Below, one piece after another: positions 35,846 through 43,752 of a DNA stretch of 64,000 nucleotides (within the stretch, counting starts at the first letter, position 1; each line of letters starts with the position of its first letter). Source of the stretch: Rhodothermales bacterium. GTDB taxonomy: Bacteria > Bacteroidota > Rhodothermia > Rhodothermales > UBA10348. The notes below the pieces were generated by a model. The model saw only the letters and a program-made list of their open reading frames with translations, did not search any database and was not told the origin of the DNA. Where the stretch lies: positions 34,059 to 98,058 of the forward strand of contig JANJTM010000031.1 of assembly GCA_024711125.1 (NCBI GenBank), given 5' to 3'. The position numbers were made by a program, and so were the translations under genes.

Positions 35846-38680
35846 ATGCGAAAGCTCTCGTCCGCATTGTTCCTCGTCGCGGCCCTGACGGCCGGGGGAT
35901 CCTATGCCCAGACGGGCAAGATCGCCGGCCGCGTCACCGATGCGGCGACCGGCGAATCGCTGCCGGGCGTCAACGTCGTGATCGAGGGGACCCTCCAGGG
36001 CACCTCCACCAACCTGGACGGCGAGTACGTCATCATCGGCGTGCGTCCCGGCGTGTACACCGTCCAGGCGTCGTTCATCGGCTACCAGACCAAGCGGGTC
36101 GAGGGCGTGCAGGTGAACCTCGACCTTACCGCGACGATCGATATCTCGCTCGGTGAGGAAGTCATCATGGGCGAGGAGATCGTGGTCACGGCCGAGGCGG
36201 TAACCGTACGCAGGGACGTCACGAGTTCCGAAGCCCGCGTGACGGCAGAGACGCTCGAGCGTCTGCCCGTCACCGAACTCGGCCAGGTGCTCGAGGTCCA
36301 GGCCGGCATCACGACGCGGGGGGGGCTGCACATCCGCGGCGGACGATCGAGCGAAGTCGTGTTCATGGTGGACGGCGTGCCCGTGACGGACTCGTACGAC
36401 GGTTCGACGGCCGTGCAGCTCGAGAACGACGGCATCGAGGAGTTGCAGGTGATCTCGGGCACCTTCAACGCCGAGTACGGCAACGCGATGTCGGGCATCA
36501 TCAACGTCGTGACCAAGGAAGGACGCGGCGACCGGTATGCCGGTTCGGTGCAGCTGTACACGGGTGCCTACGCGGTGGGTTCGGGCGGCGGGGAGGACTT
36601 CCTGCGGGGCCTGAACGCGGCCGAGCAGACGAAGGCGGGCATCCAGTACCGCGACGTCGATCCCTACTCGTACCTCCCGGTGCGTCCCAACCACTTCTAC
36701 AATGCCCAGATGGCCCTCGAGGGCCCGATCGCCGGCGACAAGCTGACCTTCTTCGCGCTGGGGCGCTACTTCCGCAACGACGGATGGCTGTACGGCGCGC
36801 GCATCTACGACGCGCTCGGCCGCGCCGCGGACTCGAGCCTCGTCCCGATGAACAATTTCGAGCGCCTGTCCTGGCAGGCGAACGTGCGGTACCGGCTCAA
36901 CCGGAGCATGATCCTGAACCTGATCACCCTCGGGCAGTCCGGCGAGTCGCGCGACTACAGCCTGTTCCGGCGGTGGGCGCCCGACGGGCGTGGCTACAAT
37001 TTCAACCGCGGGCGCGACGTCAAGCTCAAGCTGACCCACCTGCTGAGCGCCACGACGTTCTACACGATCGACCTGGCGTCCTTCCGTGCGAACTACGAAT
37101 CGTACCTGTACGAGGACCCCTTCGACAGCCGCTACAACGACTTCAACATCGTGACGCCCGACTCGGTCGAGGTACGTCCGGGCGAATGGGAGACCGTGGT
37201 CACCGGCGGCGGGCGGTACGGGCGGGGTGGCACCGACACCGGGCGTTTCGATCGCCAGACGACGTCGTACCTGCTCAAGGGGGACGTCTCGAGCCAGATC
37301 GGCCGGAGCCACCTGGTCAAGGCCGGCTTCCAGCTCAAGATCGACGACATGAACCTGACCGGGTACGGGCTGCAGCAGGCGATCGACCCGGAGACCGGGG
37401 CGGTGGCCGTGCCCTTCCGCCCCGCGATCCCCGATTCGACCACCTCGAACTTCACGCACTTCTCGGGCTTCAGCCCGATCACGCTCAGCGCGTATGCGCA
37501 GGACAAGATCGAGTTCGAGAACTTCATCGTGAACGCCGGGCTGCGCTTCGACTGGTTCGACTCGCGCGCGCAGATGCCGGCCGATCCGAGCGATCCCAAC
37601 ATCTACAACCCGTTCAAGCTGCTCAACCGGTACCGCGACACCAACGGCAACGGCACGATCGACGAGTCGGAGGAAGTCGATTCGAACCGCAAGACGGTGG
37701 CCGAACGGGAGGCCTACTGGTGGGACAAGCCGACGGCCAAGTCGCAGATCTCGCCGCGCCTCGGCGTCGCCTACCCGATCACCGAGCAGGGTGTCGTGCA
37801 CTTCTCGTACGGCATCTTCTTCCAGATTCCGACCATCAACCAGATGTCGGACAACTTCGGGTACAAGATCGCCGCGCAGTCGGGTTCGTACGGGCCGTTC
37901 GGAAATCCCGACCTGGACGCCCAGAAGACGACGATGTACGAGATCGGCTTCAAGCAGGGCTTCGGCGACTTCGTGCTCGACGTGACGGGTTACTACCGCG
38001 ACGTGCGCTCGTGGGTATCGACGTCGACGCCGATCGTGACCGAGCTTCCGGGCATCACGTACGTGGTGTACACGAACCGCGACTACGCGAACACCCGGGG
38101 CATCACGGCCAGCTTCAAGCGCAACTACCGGGACGGCTGGGGCTTCGACCTGAGCTACACCTACCAGGTGGTCGAGGGCTCGAATTCGAACCCGGCCGAC
38201 GAGTTCTTCTCGCTGCTCGCCAACAACCAGCCCACGCTCGCGCTGCTTCCGCTCAACTGGGACCAGCGTCACAAGCTGGCGGGTGCGATGTACTTCGGTA
38301 GCGACGATTGGGGCGGATCGGTCCGTTTCCGCGTAGCCAGCGGGTTCCCGTATACGCCGACCTTCACCCAGGCCGCGCTCACGGGCAACGACGTTCAGCC
38401 CGAGTTTCCGAGCAATTCGCGCCGTATCCCCGGCACGTACGAATTCGACCTGAACCTGTACAGGCAGTTCGATTTCGGATTCCTGAAGCCGCGCCTCTTC
38501 GTCGAGGTGTTCAACCTGCTCGACACGCGCAACGTCACGGGCGTATTCGCCGACACCGGCGAGCCGGACGTCACGCTCGAACAGCGCCGGCTCGGGCTCT
38601 TCGACGCCGGGTTCTACGTGCGTCCGGAGCACTACGTGGAACCCCGCCGCATCCAGGCGGGCATCGACTTCCGCTTCTGA
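35846..38680 (+). CDS. TonB-dependent receptor, SusC-like (CarboxypepD_reg domain, plug and barrel)
   Basis: Signal MRKLSSALFLVAALTAGGSYAQ, GKIAGRVTDAATGESLPGVNVVIEGT...GVYTVQASFIGY, plug-like IRGGRSSEVVFMVDGVPV, and a terminal GIDFRF. Confidence 0.85.
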   Translation: MRKLSSALFLVAALTAGGSYAQTGKIAGRVTDAATGESLPGVNVVIEGTLQGTSTNLDGEYVIIGVRPGVYTVQASFIGYQTKRVEGVQVNLDLTATIDISLGEEVIMGEEIVVTAEAVTVRRDVTSSEARVTAETLERLPVTELGQVLEVQAGITTRGGLHIRGGRSSEVVFMVDGVPVTDSYDGSTAVQLENDGIEELQVISGTFNAEYGNAMSGIINVVTKEGRGDRYAGSVQLYTGAYAVGSGGGEDFLRGLNAAEQTKAGIQYRDVDPYSYLPVRPNHFYNAQMALEGPIAGDKLTFFALGRYFRNDGWLYGARIYDALGRAADSSLVPMNNFERLSWQANVRYRLNRSMILNLITLGQSGESRDYSLFRRWAPDGRGYNFNRGRDVKLKLTHLLSATTFYTIDLASFRANYESYLYEDPFDSRYNDFNIVTPDSVEVRPGEWETVVTGGGRYGRGGTDTGRFDRQTTSYLLKGDVSSQIGRSHLVKAGFQLKIDDMNLTGYGLQQAIDPETGAVAVPFRPAIPDSTTSNFTHFSGFSPITLSAYAQDKIEFENFIVNAGLRFDWFDSRAQMPADPSDPNIYNPFKLLNRYRDTNGNGTIDESEEVDSNRKTVAEREAYWWDKPTAKSQISPRLGVAYPITEQGVVHFSYGIFFQIPTINQMSDNFGYKIAAQSGSYGPFGNPDLDAQKTTMYEIGFKQGFGDFVLDVTGYYRDVRSWVSTSTPIVTELPGITYVVYTNRDYANTRGITASFKRNYRDGWGFDLSYTYQVVEGSNSNPADEFFSLLANNQPTLALLPLNWDQRHKLAGAMYFGSDDWGGSVRFRVASGFPYTPTFTQAALTGNDVQPEFPSNSRRIPGTYEFDLNLYRQFDFGFLKPRLFVEVFNLLDTRNVTGVFADTGEPDVTLEQRRLGLFDAGFYVRPEHYVEPRRIQAGIDFRF

Positions 38681-38723
38681 CCCGATCCACCCCGAACCCC
38701 GACCGGGTTAGCGAACCAACGGT

Positions 38724-41700
38724 ATGAACCAGCGATTCTCCCCCCGTATCGCCGTCCAGGTGGCCCTTTTCGGCCTTTTCCTGGCGAGCGCCGGCACGGT
38801 GAGCGCCCAGGGCGTCATCGACCGGAACCACGTTCCGAGCAAGGAGCGCATCGACCCGTTCGAGCGCCGCAAGGACAACGTCGACGCCAACAACGTGCGC
38901 GCGACGATCACCAACTACGCGCAGACGGCCGAGTCCGGAACCCCGGGCGACTACCTCTACGAGTGGCCCAAGAACACGAACCGGACCTACATCGCGCTCA
39001 CGCAGCTCTGGGTCGGCGCGCGGGCCGTCGATACGCGGGGCGACACGCTGTGGGTCGTCGACGTGGCGGATTTCCGCAACAATCCCGTCAACGAGAACGT
39101 GTCGTGGAAATTCGACCCGATCAAGGGGTACGTGAATCCGGCGGGTTCGGCGTTCGGCATCGCGCAGTCGGACGAACCGACCTCCTGGCCCCAGTCGTGG
39201 CCCGACAAGGCGACCGACGTCGTGGATCCCGGGTGGGCGGGTTCGTGGAACGGGTTCTTCGGGAAGAACAACTTCAACGCCGATCAGGAATTCTTCTACA
39301 AGGTCGGTGACGACCAGTACGACCGCTATCCGACGTTTTTCCCCGACTCGACGGATCTCACCCGCAAGGGCATGGGCCTGATCGCCGAGGTCCGGACCCT
39401 GGCGTGGAGCCAGATCCTGATCGACGACGTCGTATTCCATATCCACGGCATCAAGAACGACGGCACGGCGGCGCTTCCGCAGGTCGGGTTCTCGATGTGG
39501 CTGGCCGACCTGGTCGGCGGCGATTCGCAGGACGACATCCCGTTCTTCGACCTGCTCGAGGACGTGGCGTTCATGACCGACGCCGACGGGATCGGCGACG
39601 AGACGTTCGGTGCGGACCGCGTCGGGCAGGCGGTGTTCGCGTTCCTCGAGACCCCGGGGAACGCCGTCGACCGCATCGACAACGACGCCGACGGATCGAC
39701 CGCGCCCGAGTGCGTTCCGTCGATCGGCGAGTGCAACAGCCCGATCGTGCCCGAGGGCTTCCTGATCGGCGAGAACCCGACGAACGGCGTGGACGACAAC
39801 GGGAACGGGCTCATCGACGAGAACCAGACGCACACGGCGTTCGTGGGCGAGCAGGCCGTCAACATCGGCGTGGGTTACGCGGACTACATCGACAACGACC
39901 GGGACGGCGAGCAGGGAGGCCCCGTCGTGACGGCCGACATGCTGGCCGCGGCCTCGTCGGACGCGTTCTTCCGCTGGCCCCCGAACCCGGGATCGGACAA
40001 TATCTCGAAACGGGCCAACGGCCGGCCGATCGTTCACCTGATCGGCGTCGAACAGGACGACCTCGGTCTTCCGTTCCGCGACAACATCGACAACGACGAC
40101 TCGTGCGTCGCGCCGACGGCGGCGTATCCCTACCTGTCGGAATCCCGGTCGCCGACCGTGACGCAGGAGATCGTCAACGCGGCCGCCGCCGACCCCTACC
40201 GGCGCTACCGCGTGCCCGGTACCAACGTCGTACTGTACGACGTCGGCCCCGAGGACCTGGGCAAGTGCTACGCCGACGGGCGCGACAACGACGGCGACGG
40301 CGCGGTCGACGAAGGCATCGACGAGGGCTTCGACGAGATGATCGACGAAAGCCGGGCCGACGGAATCGACAACGACGGCGACTGGAATCCGCTCCAGAGC
40401 GACACGGGCCTCGACGGCGTTCCGTTCACGGGCGACCCGGGCGACGGCGACGGCGTGCCGACCACGGGCGCGGGCACGGGCTTCCCGGGCGAACGCAACA
40501 TCGACGTGACCGACATCTCGGAATCGGACCAGATCGGCATCACGAACGTGCAGATCTTCCCGGCCTTCTCGCTCAACTTCAATACGCAGTCTGACCGGTA
40601 CCTCTTCAACACGTTCATGCGGCCGGGTGACTTCGACGCCGACATCCCGGCGCCGGGCGAGAACGACATCACCGTGTCGTCGGCCCTCTTTCCGCTCGAA
40701 CCGGGCCAGACCGAGCGCATCTCGCTCGCCATCGGCCTGGGCGGAAGCCGCGACGAGGTGCTGCAGTCGCGCCAGTACGCGCTGCAGGCGTACCTGGAGG
40801 ACTACCAGTTCGCGCAGGCTCCGATCACGCCGGAGCTTTCGGCGGTGGCCGGCGACGGCCGGGTGACGCTCTACTGGGATTCGGACGCCGAGGAATCGTA
40901 CGACCAGTTCCTCGCGGGACTCGGTCGCGACCCGAACGACTTCGAGGGCTACCGCGTCTACCGCGCGACCGACCCGGCATTCCTCGACGCGCTCACGATC
41001 ACCGACGGGTTCGGCAATACGCTGCTCCGCAGTCCTATCGCCCAGTTCGACAAGATCAACGCGCACTCGGGTTTCCACCCGGTCGACATCAACGGCGTCA
41101 AGTTCTTCCTCGGAACGAACCGGCGCGACACGGCGCTCGGCGAGGACGCGTACGGACTCGTGCACTCGTTCGTCGATACCACGGTGACCAACGGCATCAC
41201 GTATTACTACGCGGTCACCGCGTACGACTACGGATCGGTGATCGACAACATCCCGCCGACAGAAACGCCGATCCGCATCCAGCGGCAACCCGACGGATCC
41301 ATCGTCCCCGGGCGCAACGTCGCCGTGGTGACGCCGACCCCGGCCACGGCCGGCATGGTGGCGGCCGACATTCCCGAGGGAATCCAGCGTACGAAGGGGG
41401 CGACATCCAGCCGCATCGGCTACCGCATCATCGACCCGACGGTCATCGACGACGGCCGGCGCTATCGCATCACGTTCGAGGACACGCTCAAGCCGTCGGG
41501 CAACCGGAACGTTCCCGACACCCTGACCACGAAGAACTTCTCGCTGCACGACGTGGCAAGCGGCGAAACCCTCATCGAACGCTCCACGGCGTTCGGCACG
41601 AACGAGGAGTTCCCGGTGTTCGACCGGTTCGGGGACCCGCTCGGGTTCAACCTCTCGTTCTTCCTCGAGCCGTTCATCCTGCTCAACCGCACGGCCTCGG

Positions 41701-42596
41701 TGTGGAACGGCGACGCGGCGTCGAACATCTACCCGGTGACCCTCGAGCCGTACCTCTCGGCGGGCTTCCTGACGGGCCTTCGCAATCCGACCGACTATCG
41801 CGTCAAGGTCGTAGGCCCGGGCCAGGGACAGTCGGTCCAGATCCAGGTGGCGCGCCGCCTGACCCTGCCGGCCCGCCCGACCAACGTCCAGGTGTTCAGG
41901 GTGCACCCGGACGGCACCGAGGAGCCGGTCGAATACGCGTTCTGGGACCTCACCGGCCCCGATTTCACGTCGCCGACCGCGACCACGCCGGCTTCGTGGT
42001 CGGCGTCGCCGACCCTCGGCGAGAGCGACCTGCTGGTGCTCTACGAAGTCCCGGTGGGTGCGACCGACAACGTCAAGAAGGTCACGTGGCGCATCGGGCT
42101 CAACTTCGTGTTCCGTGACAACCGGGATCCGCAGGAGGGAGACGTGATCGACATCGTCACGCGCAAGCCGTTCCTGTCCACCGACGAGTTCGAGTTCACG
42201 GTGCGCGCGCCGTATACCGACGCGGCGCTGGCCGACTCGCTGATGGAACGCATACGGGTCGTTCCGAACCCGTACGTGGCCACGAACAGCTTCGAGCCGC
42301 TGAATCCCTTCACCACGGGACGCGGGCCTCGGGTCATCAAGTTCATCAACCTTCCGCCCGACGCCACGGTGCGCATCTTCACGGTCGCCGGCCGGCTCGT
42401 GCGGACCCTGCGGAGGGACTACGGGGCCAACGACATCCCCGAGGATCCCTACGCCGCCCTCAACCTGATGAACGGTACCCTGGACTGGAACCTCGAGAGC
42501 GAGGAGGGGCTGACCGTTTCGTACGGGGTCTACCTGTACCACGTCGACGCGCCCGGAATCGGCGAGAAGACCGGCACCTTCGCGATCATCAAGTAG
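38724..42596 (+). CDS. 1290-aa secreted protein of unknown function: acidic DxDxDG-type loops, an FN3-like module and a C-terminal T9SS-CTD-like beta-sandwich
   Basis: Signal VALFGLFLASAGTVSAQ. Acidic loops include DNDADGS, DDNGNGLIDEN, DNDRDGEQG, DNDGDGAVDEG and DNDGDWN. The FN3-like module reads VTLYWDSD...GYRVYRATDP...YYYAVTAYD. The C-terminus is VVPNPY...VRIFTVAGRLVRTL...GVYLYHV...GTFAIIK. Confidence 0.8.
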   Translation: MNQRFSPRIAVQVALFGLFLASAGTVSAQGVIDRNHVPSKERIDPFERRKDNVDANNVRATITNYAQTAESGTPGDYLYEWPKNTNRTYIALTQLWVGARAVDTRGDTLWVVDVADFRNNPVNENVSWKFDPIKGYVNPAGSAFGIAQSDEPTSWPQSWPDKATDVVDPGWAGSWNGFFGKNNFNADQEFFYKVGDDQYDRYPTFFPDSTDLTRKGMGLIAEVRTLAWSQILIDDVVFHIHGIKNDGTAALPQVGFSMWLADLVGGDSQDDIPFFDLLEDVAFMTDADGIGDETFGADRVGQAVFAFLETPGNAVDRIDNDADGSTAPECVPSIGECNSPIVPEGFLIGENPTNGVDDNGNGLIDENQTHTAFVGEQAVNIGVGYADYIDNDRDGEQGGPVVTADMLAAASSDAFFRWPPNPGSDNISKRANGRPIVHLIGVEQDDLGLPFRDNIDNDDSCVAPTAAYPYLSESRSPTVTQEIVNAAAADPYRRYRVPGTNVVLYDVGPEDLGKCYADGRDNDGDGAVDEGIDEGFDEMIDESRADGIDNDGDWNPLQSDTGLDGVPFTGDPGDGDGVPTTGAGTGFPGERNIDVTDISESDQIGITNVQIFPAFSLNFNTQSDRYLFNTFMRPGDFDADIPAPGENDITVSSALFPLEPGQTERISLAIGLGGSRDEVLQSRQYALQAYLEDYQFAQAPITPELSAVAGDGRVTLYWDSDAEESYDQFLAGLGRDPNDFEGYRVYRATDPAFLDALTITDGFGNTLLRSPIAQFDKINAHSGFHPVDINGVKFFLGTNRRDTALGEDAYGLVHSFVDTTVTNGITYYYAVTAYDYGSVIDNIPPTETPIRIQRQPDGSIVPGRNVAVVTPTPATAGMVAADIPEGIQRTKGATSSRIGYRIIDPTVIDDGRRYRITFEDTLKPSGNRNVPDTLTTKNFSLHDVASGETLIERSTAFGTNEEFPVFDRFGDPLGFNLSFFLEPFILLNRTASVWNGDAASNIYPVTLEPYLSAGFLTGLRNPTDYRVKVVGPGQGQSVQIQVARRLTLPARPTNVQVFRVHPDGTEEPVEYAFWDLTGPDFTSPTATTPASWSASPTLGESDLLVLYEVPVGATDNVKKVTWRIGLNFVFRDNRDPQEGDVIDIVTRKPFLSTDEFEFTVRAPYTDAALADSLMERIRVVPNPYVATNSFEPLNPFTTGRGPRVIKFINLPPDATVRIFTVAGRLVRTLRRDYGANDIPEDPYAALNLMNGTLDWNLESEEGLTVSYGVYLYHVDAPGIGEKTGTFAIIK

Positions 42597-42616
42597 CCCG
42601 GACAGGTAGAGCTGCC

Positions 42617-43657
42617 ATGAAGACATCAACCATCACGCTCTCGGCCCTGGCCCTGCTCGTCGCGACCGCGACGCCGGCCGCGGCCCAGTTCGAGGCTGCG
42701 ACCCGTACGGTGACGAAACGGGGCACGACGGCGGCCGAGTTCCTCTCGATCCCGGTCGGCGCGCGCGCCACCGCCATGGGCAACGCGGTCACGGCGGTGA
42801 TCGACGATCCCTCGGCCGTGTACTGGAATCCGGCGGGCCTGACCCACGTCCAGGGAGGGGCCCTGACGGTCGACTACGCGCAGTGGCTGGCCGGCATCGA
42901 CATGAACTTCATCTCGGTGGTGATGCCGATGTCGGGCGGAAAGCTGGCGCTCGGCATCACGTCCATGCGTACGCCCGAGATGGAGGTGACGACGGTGGAA
43001 CAGCAGAACGGCACGGGCGAGACCTTCGACGCCGCGTCGTATGCTTTCTCCCTCACGTACGCGCGGGCGCTCACCGACCGGTTCTCGATCGGCGGATCGG
43101 TCAAGCGAGTGCAGGAGCGCATCTGGAACTCGTCGGCCTCGGGGACCGGTTTCGACGTCGGAACGCAGTTCGTGACGCCGTTCTACGGCATCCGTCTCGG
43201 CGCCGCGATCACCAATTTCGGATCCAAGCTGCGCATGACCGGGGACGACCTGCTCGTGCGCGTGGACGTGGATCCGGTCAATCGCGGCAACAACGAATCG
43301 AACCGCGCGTTGCTTCGAACGGACGCTTTCGACCTCCCGTTGACCATGCGCATCGGATTGGCCGGCGAGGTGTTCCAGGGACCGCAGTCGCGCCTGACGG
43401 TCGCGGTCGAGGCCCTGAACCCCAACAACAGCGAGCAGTACCTGAACGTGGGCGCCGAGCTGGGCCTGCTGGGCGATCTCGTCCAGTTGCGCGGCGGGTA
43501 CAGCGAACTGCTGCTGGACGATTCGGTCCGGGGCTTGACGTTGGGCGCGGGCCTGCGTTACCGTTTCGCCCCGCTCGCTTTCTCGTTCGACTACGCGTTC
43601 GAACAGCAGGAGTATTTTGCGGATGTCAACCGCCTAACCCTTTCGGTCAGTTTCTGA
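42617..43657 (+). CDS. PorV/PorQ-family (FadL-like) outer-membrane beta-barrel
   Basis: Signal ...ATATPAAAQ. AEFLSIPVGARATAMGNAVTAVIDDPSAVYWNPAGL is the family N-terminal motif as I remember it. The rest is an alternating beta-strand pattern ending LTLSVSF. Confidence 0.7.
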   Translation: MKTSTITLSALALLVATATPAAAQFEAATRTVTKRGTTAAEFLSIPVGARATAMGNAVTAVIDDPSAVYWNPAGLTHVQGGALTVDYAQWLAGIDMNFISVVMPMSGGKLALGITSMRTPEMEVTTVEQQNGTGETFDAASYAFSLTYARALTDRFSIGGSVKRVQERIWNSSASGTGFDVGTQFVTPFYGIRLGAAITNFGSKLRMTGDDLLVRVDVDPVNRGNNESNRALLRTDAFDLPLTMRIGLAGEVFQGPQSRLTVAVEALNPNNSEQYLNVGAELGLLGDLVQLRGGYSELLLDDSVRGLTLGAGLRYRFAPLAFSFDYAFEQQEYFADVNRLTLSVSF

Positions 43658-43711
43658 CGGAAAACCAGGCCCGGCGAACAGGCGTATGCCCGCCAGCCGG
43701 ACTCAACCCAT

Positions 43712-43736
43712 CCACCACCACCACCACCACACACAC
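43712..43736 (+). repeat. (CCA)6 followed by (AC)4 microsatellite in the 5' leader of the CBM-protein gene
   Basis: CCACCACCACCACCACCACACACAC read directly. It ends 1 nt before the AAGAGGAG Shine-Dalgarno (43738-43745). Confidence 0.9.
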
Positions 43737-43752
43737 CAAGAGGAGCTGATCC

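Noticed and set aside
38724-42596. The 1290-aa protein as the T9SS sortase PorU, because porU-porV are usually adjacent.
   Set aside because: I find no gingipain/C25-like His/Cys catalytic context (no GHG...TCEF-type blocks). The architecture is acidic loops plus FN3-like plus CTD. This still needs an HMM check.
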